Source: Mytilus edulis
Lineage: Eukaryota
Length of the DNA stretch: 64,000 nt
Direction of reading: 5' to 3'
NCBI RefSeq assembly: GCF_963676685.1
Contig: NC_092351.1
Coordinates: forward strand, 25,482,001 to 25,546,000
The notes beneath the pieces were generated by a model. The model was not told the origin of the DNA. It did not search any database and worked only from the letters and a program-made list of their open reading frames with translations. The stretch's first letter is position 1, and the number at the start of each line of letters is the position of its first letter. The position numbers and the translations under genes were made by a program. Positions 12,905 to 28,172 of this stretch are shown one piece after another.

Positions 12905-15900
12905 ATGGTAACTTTGGTAAAGGTGATATCTTATTTCATTGTTTATTAATATTAGAAAGTCCACACCATTTTGTTTTTGATTTGGTATATATTTGTACAA
13001 TATGAATTCATAATCAAATGAACGGTGAGTATTTTATATGCAAATGTACAAAATTTATTTTATTCATTGAACAAAATGTAGAGCATCATTTTTATTCAAT
13101 GGCATTTACAATTACACTTTGAATACATAATGAAAGATGTAATCGCATTGTACGATACAAAACGATACATTTGATGGTGAAGCATTAAACTGAGAAAGGT
13201 ATGCATCTTTTTGTATTTTCATTGCGTAGTAAAGCAGTAACAGTAGAGCAAGCACCTCATAGTTATGCGCATGTCTATCAAATCTATGAAACTGCAAATA
13301 AGTTGATCTCTATATTACACACTATAAGAACTTGTTGCGTCATTGTTATTTAACAATGTGCATAAACTGATCGCACAATTAGTAAAAATAGAAACGGGTA
13401 TTAAAATTGCTTTTTTCTAGATTTATAAAAAGAAGATGTGGTATGATTGCCAATGAGACAACTCTCCACAAGAGACCAAATGACACAGAAATGAACAACT
13501 GTAAGTCACCGTACGGCCCTCGAAAATAAGCAAAGTCCATACCGCATAGTCAGCTATAAAAGGCCCCGAAATGACAATGCAAAACAATTGAAACGAGAAA
13601 ACTAACGGCCTAATTTATGTACAAAATCAACGAAAAAACTTAAACAAACGACAACCACTGAGTAACAGGCTCCTGACTTGTGACAGGCACATACATACAG
13701 AATGTGGCGGGGTTAAACATGTAAGAGGGATCCCAACCCTCCCCCTAAGCCTACTAGGAAGGGTTACCCCTTAATATTTGAAAATAAGGGTTGTGTAAAA
13801 GGTAGACACATCAGGAGCTATATGACAGAAATCCCTAAATCATCTACAGTAAACTTTGTCTGATGTTAAACCTAAATTTCGTACGAATTTGTAAATTCAT
13901 TTGTTATAAATGCATATATATTATATAAAACATATCAAAGTACAGTATATGCCACACGTATACGGTATAGAGTACGATGTATTTTTGTGTCGTCTGGTTG
14001 TTGTGTTTAATACGCAGACAGAAAATGTGTTATTAATCAAACGATTTTGAACCGTCAAACTATCTAATTGGCAGATGGAAGTCACAATCTTTAGAGAATT
14101 GGAAGATTTTCTTGACCCCTTTCTGGACCCACAGAATGGACCTGTTCGTCCGGATAAAATGATGGCAGGCAGGGCATTAATTGCACTAGATGCATTGATC
14201 AAAAACATGCCTGGTGTTACAGAAGACAGGGTAAGTGATATAAAACGATGAAAAACAATTTGAGATTTTAATATGTAGATGAAATGAAAAGCGATTGATG
14301 AAATACTCTAAATGTAAAATTATCTGGATGTTTAGATATATGGAACTATTATTTTACGTTATTATGAACTGCATGCTCTAGTGTGAATTTTACATATGTG
14401 TTAATTTTTAATTTGTTATTACTTCTTGAATGTGTTGATAGACTAATGTGTTCTGACTATCTAAAATAGAATGTTAACGTTTATGAAGACAATATAACAT
14501 GACAAAAGTAGGTATATCCTCAATTCATGTGACAATTCTTATCTATTTCCAACCTGACCATTCATACAGGTGGAATCACTAAAGATCATGTTGCAAGAAG
14601 CAATGAGAGGACGCTGGACATCTATGGACATGAGAATAGATGACGCAGTAGATCAATTTAATGAAATCAAACGAATGGCATTTGATGAGGTAAATTTCAA
14701 GTTTGTTACAATTATGACAAGGGAACTACCATTTATCTTAGTTAAGGTAACAACAAATGGAAGTTTTAACAACCTTGATTGGCTATACAGCCCTTGCACG
14801 GTCGATAGTTAACGTAGATGGGGTGTCTTCCTTCGTGTTGGATTTGGAAACACCAGAAGACAAGGTCTAGATCTTTAATAGAATGTGCTAATTTTTAGAG
14901 TAGTATGTAATTCATGTGTAAGAACTTCCACTTCGATATAGAAAATGACATGTTTTATCATATTTCTGGTTGTATTTTAAATAAAAACAGAAAACTTTTG
15001 TTTAATCAATTTTTTTCCAACTTTGTCACATAAGGGGAGGCAACTCATATTATGCAAGGGCAGATTATGCAGATTAAGGTACTTTTACAATAGAATGTGT
15101 TAAGAATTTACCTATTTTATTATGTAGCGAGGAAAACGGGTCCGGTGATCACATTGTTTCTTTTTCTGTACTGAAAGCATACTATTAAAAAAGAGGGACG
15201 AAAGATACCAAAGGGACAGTCAAACTCATAAATCTAAAACAAACTGACAACGCCATGGCTAAAAATGAAAAAGACAAACAAACAACAGCTATCTTCAACA
15301 AACAACAAGCTATCTTTGCATATGTAATCTCAAAATTCTATGGTGTAGATTACGCTTTATTGCAGAAAATTGGGTTGTCGTCATGCATAATCTATACAAA
15401 ATTTGTCAATTTTGAACACCGTGAAGCGTGAAAATAAGCCCGGTGACTCATTCTGTTTTTTTTTTTTTGTTTTTTTTAAAGCATGATATAAACTACTAAC
15501 ATTTTGGCAAATTATTTGAAAAATCTATGGATTATTTTTAGACACTAAATCTACCTTAGGTGATCTAAGCTAAAATTAGTTAAATCATTTAAACTGATTC
15601 GAAAAGGTTAAACGCCTCCATTGCAAAATAAAAACGCCACAGAAAAAAGGATTATTCAAGATCTTTTTAATGAATTAATACACTCTTGTGTAGTACATCA
15701 TTGGTTTTCATCTTTCTCTTATTTAATACTAAATATAGTGCTGAAGATATATAAACTTCCTTAGTTAAAATACCTGAAACACAAATGACAGATAAGGTAC
15801 TTTTTCTGCATTTTCTACAATTCTGTCATTTCTACAGTTGTTATCTTTATTACAGCGTATATTGCATGACAGTAAACCACAGTATCTATACAGCTCTAAG

Positions 15901-18900
15901 TCCAAATCAGCAAATTATCAAATATCACCTCGACCACAGCCAAAACGACCGGCATATATTGACGGATTCACATTGAAAAATAAACCATCAGATAATGACG
16001 TTTTAAATGCTGAGGGAACCGGAAGTATTCACAATATGAATACGAGGATCAACAGGAACCCGGATGACCCTCTTAATAGAGAGTTTACGTTAGATGTTAT
16101 AAAGTCTAGCACAAAAATACCACCTCCAACAGGGCAGGACCTGGTTAACCGAAATACGCTGATAAAACAAGAGTTCAAAGACATCAAAAGCAGGTAATAT
16201 AAATAAAAAATTGCCTACTCCTTGCGTAGTTATGCTTTTTAAAGCGTGTTCCACTTAAGAAAACAGGTTTTATTTATATAATTTTTTATTTGTTATTTCA
16301 TCCTTTTTAATGTATTTGAACAGATTTCAAATTTACTACAGTTCTAATTTATTGTAAAGTCGAACACAAATTTCCTTGAACAAATTATTTATATGAGACA
16401 CTATCTTAAAGTGGCATTAAAATTTCTTGTCTAGAAATACCTCCAATTGTTATATTTTTTTAGATATCGCGTGTCCATTTTCCAGGTGAATATTCAGAAC
16501 ATGATAAAGAGAGAGGAAAAAATGCATACGTCATTGCAGTACAAGAGGATGGCCCAGAGGGGTAAACTGATCCTGCTACGCTTTTGGCACCTATCGGGTT
16601 ACTCTTGACATTAAACGGTTTTAGATGTGAATTAATGTATCTCAGCATAATTGAAAGTATCATGTAGGGACATCTTCATCCTACTTCTAATCTGACGAAA
16701 TAATAACAATTTTCCAGAAAAAATCAATATGTGCATTGTATTACAGGTATAGTGAACTCCGGATTCCTGCAACGGTCCCAGAAATTTCAACACGTTCCTA
16801 TATTCCATCTCAGGTGCTAACAAACAACCCAACCAAAATTGCTGATCTATTTACAAAACTTTTTGATGTTGAATGGGCTGATGCTTTTGAACAAGTCTGC
16901 AGAAATAGAATCGGAGTACCTGAAGTGAAGATAATTGTTGATTTAGCCGACATATTAAAGGCAAGTAAAGCGTATGTAAAAAAGATATTTATTAGGTTAA
17001 TATGACGTCAAATGTATTTTCAATCTTTTTTTCATTCCTGGCTTATAGTCAATTCCTGCTTTTTGTATTGCAGAAGAAATCTGTTACTGTGTATAAAATT
17101 AAGAATGTGGCATGATTTCCGAAGAGACATCTCTCTTCAAGATACCAAATGATGTAGACGTTAGCTACTTTATGTCACCGTACGACCTTAAACAATGAGG
17201 AAACCACATGCCATGTAGTAAGCTTTTAAGGGCCCCAAAATAACCATTTAAAAAAAATTAAAACGAAAACACTAAAGGCTTTATTTATGTATACACTGTT
17301 TTATGGGTTAATTGTGTCTTTTGGTTGTGTTCGTCATTGATATATATTCCACTTTAGGAGAAGACCGTATAAATGTGCTGTCGATTTTATACACAACTAT
17401 TTGGTACATGATGTGGGAAAAATAACCGTGACAACCAAAAAAAAACACCTTCAAGAAAATAAAATGGTCGATCCTTTCCTTGAATTCACAACCAATGACG
17501 AAGAAAAGAAGATACCTGTAATTGTTCAATTTCGAAAGAAACAAAACACATACTGTGTGTGTTTAATGACATGAAAATGTTGTGCAATGAAATCGTTGAG
17601 TGTTGAAATACATTTAGAAATAACTGCTGCTGTCGTCTCTCTTTCAGAAATCTTTTCAATATACCCGAGAAGAAGCAAGGAATTTGATTGACAGCATGGC
17701 ATTAAGAGTTCACGATACAATGGCTGTACCACCAGGACATACACCTTATACGGTAATTAGTTTTCAACAAAATCACATTTTCTAGTATTATTTACTTTTA
17801 TTGCGACAACTAAACAAAAAATAATGTTCGTAGACAGTATAAATACTGAAATGTGAGTGGGAAATATGTGGTTTATCTCTTGAAGTTTTTGAGTGGTTTT
17901 GTAGCTTTCTCATTGCTATCCCTCAAATTTATTTGTATTAACTTTATAAAAGAAAACATTTAACAACTTTTCCACTATTAAAGAGGGGAGAAATATACCA
18001 GAGGGACATTCGCTCTCATCTGTCGAACATAAACTGACAAAATACACGAAACACAGTATAGAAAATTAAAGACTGAACTGTTTCACTCATTACTAACATG
18101 AGAAATCAAATTCTGAAAGTAGCAATACTATTAGTATGTATTTTGTTTTAATGTTAATTCATTTAACACAGTTCCAAAAGCATACATGCATATAGCATCA
18201 AAACAGGCAAACTTTGAATTAAAAGTATGGTTATTTATTACATTTATAGGTTCGGTTAAAAGAGAGACATCATGATTACACCTTAAAGCGACATGCTAGA
18301 GAAATAGTGAAAGAAACCGCTGATTTAAGTCTTAATATCATAATTAAAGTAAGTTTATCAAATTAGGTGTTGTACCTGCACCAAGTCAGTATAGTAAAAT
18401 AGCAGTTGTTATCAAATAGTCCGTTTTTTTATATGTTGGCTTTTGTTTTGTATGTTGCTATCCAGTGTTCTGCTGTTGGAGGAGAATAAGTTTTGAACAC
18501 CTACTGTATATACAATGTATACATCAAATGTTCAAAGTACTAGTGTTCGAAGGTAAAGACAGAGCAGCGCTAAAACTAATAAACTAATAGTCATTATTAG
18601 TATAAAAAGAATACTAGTAACTAAATTATATATCCAGCATATTTATACAATAGAATATGTTATATAGGGTGTATATAATTAGTGATAATTATGGTAGAGC
18701 GGGCTGCACAGCTATCAAACTAGATATATTTTGCAGTCATTAGCAATATACTGATAAAAAAAAATCACAAAAATACTGAACTCCGATAAAAATTCAAAGC
18801 AGAAACGCCCTAATCAAATGACAAACACATCAGACAAATTGATAACGACCGTCATACGTTGGTAAAGGCATTTTCGTATGTAGAAAAGGATTGAACCTGG

Positions 18901-19684
18901 TTTTATAGCTAGCTATACCTCTAACCTGTATGACAGTCGATTGGAAAAAGGTAAGTGGGTTTAAAAAAAACACTGGCTCTAGGGGAAAATTCACCCATAC
19001 GTGTTACATCATATTTTAAAAATATTTCACTATTAATATATCATTTAATTCAGTCGCGTTATATCTGTTCATTTCCTGATATAAAAAAGCTATATATCAG
19101 AGGAAATAGAAAAAAATGTAAAAAAAAGAATCTTGAGTAAGTGAGTAAGGTCATACGTCCACCTAATTGATTTCTGAGCGTACCATGTCGAGCATCTTTG
19201 TTATATTCTGCAAAGCTTGTTTCCTTCCCATAATTCTAACCAATGAGGATAATGCAATACTTTATTTCTCCTCTATCTTTCATCGAATATTCGTAATAGT
19301 ATAAGGTAAGTGGTTAGAGTAACCAACAGTTTTAACATATGATTTAATCCATACTAAAACTATTTGCAGGACTTTGAGGACAGATATAACCCGCCAAGCT
19401 TTCGACATCATGTAATACAACAATATGATATCGATGAATACCAAAAACTAGACAAAGTAACCAGGTATCTTCAAAAATGTGTCGAGGTAACTTGGTATAT
19501 GAACGTACAGGATCCACCGATGGTACTTCTATGGCCGAACACAAATGAAAATGAAATATCATTAAACTGTTTCAGACATTTTACAAAATTTGGTAACAAA
19601 CTGGAACATGAAGTTTGGCCAGCTCTATTGATACACGATCAGGGTCCTGTAATCGTGAAAGGAGTTGCACAACTGAGATATTAA
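12905..19684 (+). CDS. G3: MIEAP-like protein, ~450 aa
   Basis: Tentative first exon 12905-12922 (MVTLVK; an alternative start is ATG 14075), then 14075-14230, 14570-14689, 15856(or 15838)-16193, 16747-16960 (GC donor), 17648-17752, 18250-18348, 19370-19684. Motifs NPTKIADLFTKLFDVEWADAFE and KCVEVTWYMNVQDPPMVLLWP...VWPALLIHDQGPVIVKGVAQLRY*. Confidence 0.85.
13427..13748 (+). repeat. Repeat family B copy
   Basis: Colinear with ~30110-30450. Confidence 0.8.
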
Positions 19685-20689
19685 ACTCACTTAAATAGAT
19701 TTACTTACTATCAAACTCTTTTGACAATCATTGAGTAAGAAAAATAATAAATGCTGTCAGGTATTGTAAGCAAATTTTAAGCACGAAAACTCTACTGTGT
19801 ATTTACAGAAACGCATGATAAATGATCATATATTGCGCTAAAGATGTTTATTCTAATTATAACTATTTTTATTATGTATCTACTTTACCATGTATGTTGA
19901 CATAATTGTACGTTTATTGTTTAGACTTTGTTTTAATGATTTAAGGAATTAAAGTTCGAATATTGATTGTCATTCCACTGATATGTATCATTACATACAT
20001 CAACATTGTGTTGCAGTATAAAATTATAACCTTGGTATCATTGGTGATTTGTTTCACTTTACCGTCAAATACAATACACACATTGTTGGTATTTGCTGAT
20101 ATCAATTGATATTGAATCAATTGTGATATGTATTGTCGGACAAGATAGAAATTGTCTACAAAGGGTGGTCAGATATTTTCCTTGATATTGACACATACGT
20201 TTGACGTCAAACTGTAACATAAAAAAGACGTGATGAATTAAACATTTTACACTTGCCAACTTCCCTTTTATAATCAGTTATATTCAATCAGTTTAATCTT
20301 ATATAATCGTATACATGTTTATATTTCTATTAAAACGGTACGCTCTTGAATGTTCACACTATACTACGGACTTCGATATCAGAACTGTGCTGCTGGTTCT
20401 TTTCTGCTTTAACAGAGCTCTGACGAAAAAGTAAAATATCAAAAATACTGAATTCCGAGAAAAATTCAATCGTAAAGTCCCCAATCAAATGGCAAAATCA
20501 AATGACAAAACACATCACACAAATGGACAACAACTGTCCTATTCCTGACTTGATACAGACATGTCCAAGTATAGAAAATGGTGGATTGAACCTGGTTTTA
20601 TAGCGCTAAACCTCACTCTTGTACGACAGTCGCATCAATTTCCATTATATTGACATGAACAGAATGTCACAAATAGGGGTACAAAAACA

Positions 20690-21068
20690 ACACGGACCCA
20701 ACCAAAAACTAGGGATGAATTCAGGTGCTACAAAAGAGGAAGCAGATCCTGCGCCAAATGTGGTACCCGTCGTGTTGCTAATGTTGTTACAAAGCCGGTA
20801 AATAGTCTAATTCGGTAGGTCACATTCGTAAAAAGGGAAGGGGATTATTGTTACGACATAAGGAACATATCCGATATCATCTATAAATCTTTTCCATAGT
20901 GTTCAACCAACTCCTGATGGCGTCCGTAATATATACGAAGTGATGATACAACTTCACCCACCATTTGGACCTTTTGGTTTAAAGATGAAAAGGTAACAAT
21001 TGAACTCATCTCTTTTGTCGTAAAGGTTTGTTTTCAACCGACCCTCATAGTCATTTTCTAGATATAAG
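20690..21068 (-). mobile_element. Degenerate copy of the Penelope-like family A RT end
   Basis: Colinear with ~5160-5663, with an internal deletion and substitutions. Confidence 0.7.
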
Positions 21069-21784
21069 TCCTAATCAAATGGCAAAATCAAAAGTTCAAA
21101 CACATCAAACGAATGGATAATAACAATTAAAACGACAGACATTGTTACATATGTTTTACGAGCAAATGTACGATTGATTCGATGTGTCTAAACTCACAAG
21201 TAACATTTGTTCGATATCTTAGAGTTTTTATTTTATTTTACTTTGATTTGTGTCTTCGATGGATTAATGATATTTGAATATAGAAAACTACTGTTGCCTC
21301 TAACTTGAGATAATCAAGTTTTGTTTCTTTTCCCTTTAATTGGTACCTTCTTACAAGATTTATGAGATTTAAACATCGGTAAACTACTTTTGCCTAAAAC
21401 TATTCATGCTCTTTCATGAGTTTTACCAAGAAGATAAAATGATACCAGCCTTATAAACACAAACTGATGCGCATTTCGTCTAAATAAGATTCATTAGTGG
21501 CGCTCGAAATTTTATACTAACAGTATATTTACAAAATATGGCTATATCAGTGATATTTCATGTAAAACCATACTGTAGAGTCAGCAATAACAAATCCCGA
21601 CATATTACTTTATAAAGAAATGAACATATATCTATATAAGATTAACACGACGATTAGTTGATCAAATTTATTTTCTTTCAAATCGTACTCTAAATGAATG
21701 ACGGAGAAATAAGTTTTACCCTTGAGAAAGGCGGTAATATAACGTGTGAATAAAACAAATAAAACAAGTAAAATGTATGATACC

Positions 21785-22082
21785 ACAAGAATGTGTCCCC
21801 AGTACACGAATGCCCCACTCGCACTATCATTTTCGATGTTCAGTGGACCCCATAAAATTGGGGTAAAACTCTAATATGGCGTTAAAACTAGAAAGATCAT
21901 ATCATAGGGAACATGTGTACTAAGTTTCAACTTGATTTGACTTCAAGTTTATCAAAAACTACCTTGACAAAAAACTTTAACCTGAAGAGGGACAAACGGA
22001 CGAACGAACGAACGAATGGACGAACGAACGGACGCACAGACCAGAAAACATAATGCCCATCTACTATCGTAGGTGGGGCATA
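21785..22082 (-). mobile_element. Non-autonomous Helentron/HINE-like element
   Basis: Reverse-complement copy with atgcccc/ggggcat subterminal inverted repeats and (GAAC)n microsatellite. Confidence 0.72.
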
Positions 22083-22989
22083 CACATGGCTTACTAAAGT
22101 GTTTTACTATTTGGATTATAAATGAGAAATTAAATGAATACTTAAGAAATTCTAATATCAAAATGAAGAGATTTGATTCGATTGTCAATGAGACAACTAC
22201 CCACCAAAGTGAAACGGTGTGAAAATAAGTTGACAAATGAAAACATTAATGATGAATTTGGTTTCACAACGTTAAAAAAATACGAAGAGTACAACCATGT
22301 TTTATGAAGAAAAAAAATCCAACTTTTCTGGGAGTGGTTCCACAGCTGTTATAATTATTAATCAATTCATGAAGTACATAATTTCCCATCTGTCATTAGC
22401 TTGAAAACCAATACACTGATGTATACAAACATCAAATACTGTCTATATATCAATATAAATATACAGAACTGAGTATTCCTAGCAGACTAAATCCAATTTC
22501 ATTGAATGATAAAAACTATATATAAAAAAAGATGGTGGAACAGATAAACTTTTAGGAAAACATTTAACAAATACAGAAACTTTCGATGTAGACAAATGTA
22601 GTATATATGGCTTGAATCTATGAGAAGATTACACACATATATATATATACACATGTATATATTTAATAACACTAATCTACGAATGCAACATAATATATAT
22701 TTACAAATATAAATGAAATATTTTTAAATATAAGAATACATAAAACAGACTGTTTGACAATGTGTATTGTCAAAAATGTCGACCTGTGATTTTTTGTAGA
22801 TTGAATTGTTAAAGTAAATCAACAACCATTAAAACTTTCTGTTGTTAAACATAGTGATTTGAATTTTCCACAATAGGTAACTGTTGATCTACTTGAATAG
22901 ATCAGTAGATTCGTTCTTTAACTCAATGTGTCTATTACTATCAATTTTGTCTATGTAATTATGGCGGGTAAATCACAAAACTAAACAAA

Positions 22990-25900
22990 ATGATCGAGCC
23001 GACACACCAGGTATGTAAATATTTTATTTGAATCCCATCCTTGGGTTCACAACATTTCTTCATAAATAACAATAGATTTTTTATAGATAAGTTTTATAAT
23101 TGAATTAAAAAAATTGAAGAATTCTTATACCTTGAATTTATAAAAGTAAAATACCCACTAGTTAAGTTCAAATATCTCATTTTATGGATTGAGGATCAAG
23201 AATGAAAAATGAAAGTATTTAATGAAGAAACCTACACATATAAAAGGAGAATCAACTCTTTTACTTGTAAATTACGTGCATGCAGTGTATAATATGGTTA
23301 TGAAACAAGTATAAAAAAAAGAACTTCAAGGTAAATTCAAAAAGAGGAAGTCTATTTAAACATTGAAAAAATCAGACACTTTCAACCAATGGAACGAGTG
23401 GAGCGAGTAGAAAACAATTTTAAACTGATAGATTATAAGTTTTCACTCAATATTTTTCAAATTTGAATGTCACTATATGAATAACTATACTTATCTTTGC
23501 AGGCATTTCAGGATATTCAAAAACTTGACAATTTTTTAACAAAATGCAATCTCCTCTTTGAAGATCCCTATGTAGAGGAACACCCGTCACATAATGATGC
23601 TGTTGTTGCTAGAAGGAGTATTTCTTATGTTGACGAATTCTTTAGACAAAGAGGTTTTATTAATGTATGTTTAATTATAATAATCCCTGTTAGCGATGTT
23701 TTTTGTAAAAGCGCTGATCAGTGAATTACAAGTTATAATTGTTTTTGCAACTCATCATGCTAAAACGGACAATGCTTCATAACATATACGAAACATGGAA
23801 CAATGGTGAGCTTTAATATTCGAACATTTTGACGGCTATGCAAATTTTGTCTATTAAATTCACTGTTAAAAAAACAATGTCCATGCTTTTTTCTACAATA
23901 ATTTATTCCCATAATTGTGTCTTACAATTTTTAGTTTTGCTTTGATATATTATCATATGCATACTTTCCCAAATAGGGCATTTGATTTCTTACTATAAGA
24001 ACATATACGTAACAACTATGAAACTGCTTCGAAAATTCTGTTTTTTTGTTTTCTTATTTTTTGTACATATTATCTTAAGAATAAATGAAATTCTAAATAA
24101 TATATATCTAATAAATATAGAAAATATCATGATTATTCACAGGTACAGTCTAAATGGTTACGTGAAGTTACCAATGTTGCTGAAGGAGAAGATTGGAGTA
24201 GGGTATCAAGATACATCAAAGATGCTAATAATGAATTTATGGGATTCAATCGAGTGTATTCTGATATCGTATGTATACTTTAACACACTGTCTACATCTA
24301 GATAAACCAAACAATATTATTTATATCAAGTAATAAAGTGACATTTTCAAACGGTTAACTACATTATTGTAACATGGTAATCTTACCTTTATTGTTTCGC
24401 CAAATGTTTAGCTTGTGCTAAGTCTTTTTCTAACTATTCGAATCATTTATTTATGAACTTTCTAACAACCATTAGTTTACGATTGAAAATTGCTATCAAA
24501 TTCAAAAAACTCTTAAATTTTATATTAATAGTAATTACAAAATCTGTACATGCATAAGAATTTCGATTCAGATGCGGCAAGTTGAAAAGGAAGCTTCTTA
24601 TTCAAAACTGACAAATCAGCAAAACGGAAAACAAGAAAATCAACTTGACACTAGGCTAAGCAAGATTGACGAAGCACCGTCAAGGTTGACCGACGAGACA
24701 AGATATATGTCGCCACAAATGGTACAGTATGTAAAAACGACACATAATGACAGAAAAAACTATAACAGATCACAAAGTGGTGCCAATGAGACACATACAA
24801 GACAACAAGAGACACCAGACGTGTATGCCTCGCATTCCCATAGAAAGGAACATTATGCAGGAAACCAACAAAGGGTTATGGACGAAGAACTCAGATCACA
24901 GCTTCGTCTTGCTTTAGATAAATTGGAGGATTCAAACACAGAGGAAACCACTTTGAAGGACCCAGAAGTAATTGCATCTGAAAGGCTGGAACAAGAAGAA
25001 GAATTTAAACGGTATTTGAAGAATTGCGCATTTCTGTTTTGTTAGACAGGCGTTTTATAATATTTTCATAATACGAAGAGAAATCTGTAACGAAAAATAA
25101 AGTAACATCGCTTGTTATTTCAAGTGATTTATTATTCTATTTTCATTAATAATTACAGCTTATGTAACATTCATCATGATTGAATAAAATATCATATAAA
25201 AATTCATGTACATTTGAGATGACGTATGAATATTTTAAAAGCTTGATTTCAACTTCATTCATACGAAAAATCAGTACAAAAAAGAATATATTCAATACGT
25301 TACTATTAATTGTGTCGTTAAAAATGAAGAAAAGGAAAGTTAAATGCATTATGAAATTGTATTTATTTTACATTTTGTGTTTAATAATTTAGATCTGTCA
25401 AAATTTTAGACGTGGCGAACAAGCAAGCAAAGCTCTACATGACAACAACCCAAATATCACTGATCTCAGCGATATAAATAGACCTAGTAAGATAGCAGAA
25501 AGATTCAGCAATTTGTATGACGATCTGTGGACGGATGCATGCGAGGAGCTTACTAAATTCTACAGACAAGAACATCATTCAGAGAGAATCTGTATTCTTG
25601 ATTTGGCTACTATACTTAAGGTAAAATGAAATAATCTTTAAATTATCTTATTTGCCTTTGTTCTATTATTATTATTATTTTTACTGTTTGCTCTGTTTTT
25701 GGTAATATCCATTTGACGTAACTCGGTACTTATGCATCAGGTCAATATGTTGTTTGTAATATCTTTCATTTTTGCTGGTGTGCTTTGTACGTGTTACTTT
25801 TTGTGTTTCTTTGTTACATATATCGTGGCTCTGTACTTTTAAACATCCCGCCATTATGTTATTGTTTTATTATTATTTTGAAAAAACTTCGAACGACAAA

Positions 25901-28172
25901 ATTATTTTGTACCTCAACCTGTGTGGCGTTTTCATTCTGACGTCAATTACGCGATTCTTCGTATACCAGAGATGATGTGAACCTAACCATCCATGCATAG
26001 GACGTCAAATATTTCAATCCTTTATTGGTTGATATAAAATACAAAAATAAGTAAGCAATGAACGTTGTGGATATATGCTTCGTTATGCTTCTTTGTTAAA
26101 TATTTGTTCAGACATCGTTGTAAATAAACTGAAATTTGATGCGACTGTCATACACATGAGAGGTTTAGCGCTATAAAATCAGGTTCAATTCACCATTTTC
26201 TACATTTGAACATTCCTGTACCAAGTCAGGAATATGATAGGTGTTGTCCATTCGTTTGATGTGTTTTATCATTTGCTTTTGACATCTCATTAAGGACTTT
26301 CCGTTTTGAATTTTCCACGGAGTTCAGTATTTTTGTGATTTTACTTTTTATTTCTTTTGTCAAAACGTTTGACAAATTTGTCAAGAATTTGTCAAGAAAT
26401 ATATTCTTGATGAAAAAGGAAATACGTTAATAACAAGTTATTCGTTATAATTGCTATTATTATTACAACAGTACATGTATGTGTAACATGACATCTTATT
26501 AAGATATTAGATATCATGTGTGCTCATTCATTACTTTGGAATCCTACAACCATTGCTGTTGTTTGGGTTTTTTTTTTATTGAGGTTGATATCAATTTTCT
26601 TTCATCTGAATATTTTTTTTCTGGTAAAATAATGATATAATCGTTTATCTAACAAAAAGTGCAATTTATTTTTACATATATTATAATTCAATCTAAGTGA
26701 TTTACTAGCATGCAATATTTTAAAATAACACTGATTAGATGTTGTAACTTTAAATGTATATACTACATGTACATCCGAGCACACTTTTATACTGTTTAAG
26801 GCAACATTTGAATATTCGTCTAAACACGTGGATACACAAATTGAGAGAATTGCACATCAAACGAGAGAAATGATGCTCGATCCCTGTAGTGATCGACAGC
26901 AGGAGGTATGTTATTTTGTAGATAGATAGTTCTATTCATTTTGATTTTCATATTCCTAAAAGAGAAAGCGTTTTCAATATCCAATGATATAAGAAGACAT
27001 GATATGAGAGCCAATGAGATAACTGTCATTCAAAGTCACTATGTTTAAATAGGTAACAAGTTAAGGTCAAAGTATGGCATTCAACATGGAGCCTTGGCTC
27101 ACATCGAACAGCAAGCTATAAAGGTCACAAAAATGAATAGCGTAAAAACGATTCAAACAGTAAAACCAAATGACTTATACAAGAAACGAGAAACACTTAT
27201 AAACCACACCAACAATCGACAACCACTAGCGAACGGTCTTTTTTTGCTTCATGCTTTATTTGTTTCCCTTTTAGGTTCAGGTATTTCTTGTTTGACTCCT
27301 ACTTAATAAAACATGTATAAGAAATCCGAAAAAAGCGACAGAAATTCATTAAGCATTCTTAAATCTGTTTGCTGTACAGTGATCAATGCGTAGCATTGTA
27401 TATAATTAAAAACACATTGTATTAAGGTAAAATAAGTTAACCACACTTTTATTGTTAATATTATGAATAATTGTTTTACAGACAGATTCAAACGATCCAT
27501 TTCGACATGACAAGACACTTGGACAATATGCATTGATCTGTATAAAGGATACCGCGGATCTAAGTGTTCCTGCTCTACAAAAGGTAATATGCAATGTTGC
27601 ACATTTTGATATGCATGCACTATTTATATTTATATTTAATTGTCAAAGACATTTATTACCAGTTAAAAACAAGATAATTTTAATGATAAAGACATTAATG
27701 GTATACTTTTATAAACTGTGACTTGGATGGAGAGTAGTCTAATTGGCATTCATGCCACATTTCTTATATTTATTGAACAATCATATGTTGTTGTTTTTTT
27801 TAAATGGAAAAGTAATACAAAAAGCAAATATTGTGATTCCAAAATGGTAATTTTGAAAGGATTATTTTTTTTCTATTATAGAATTTCATGGTGCACGCCT
27901 TTCCAAGCAGTAAAGTTACAGCAAATATAACAAAATTATCATCAGTGAAAAAATACACAGAAAGATGCATAGAATTAACATGGCTTATGAATGTTCAAGA
28001 CCCATCAATGGTACTGTTATGGCCAGATATGGTTTCACCAGACAATTTAACCGACATTTTTCGATACTACACTGCCACAGGAACAGTCCTCGATCATGAA
28101 GTTTGGCCAGCACTTCTGTTATACAAAGATGGTCCTATGGTGGTTAAAGGCGTAGCAAAATTTAGGAATTAG
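22990..28172 (+). CDS. G4: MIEAP-like protein, ~485 aa, 8 coding exons
   Basis: Exons 22990-23010, 23503-23664, 24143-24268, 24572-25011, 25410-25620, 26801-26905, 27482-27583, 27882-28172 (1458 nt, in frame). Motifs DNNPNITDLSDINRPSKIAERFSNLYDDLWTDACEEL and RCIELTWLMNVQDPSMVLLWP...VWPALLLYKDGPMVVKGVAKFRN*. Confidence 0.9.
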
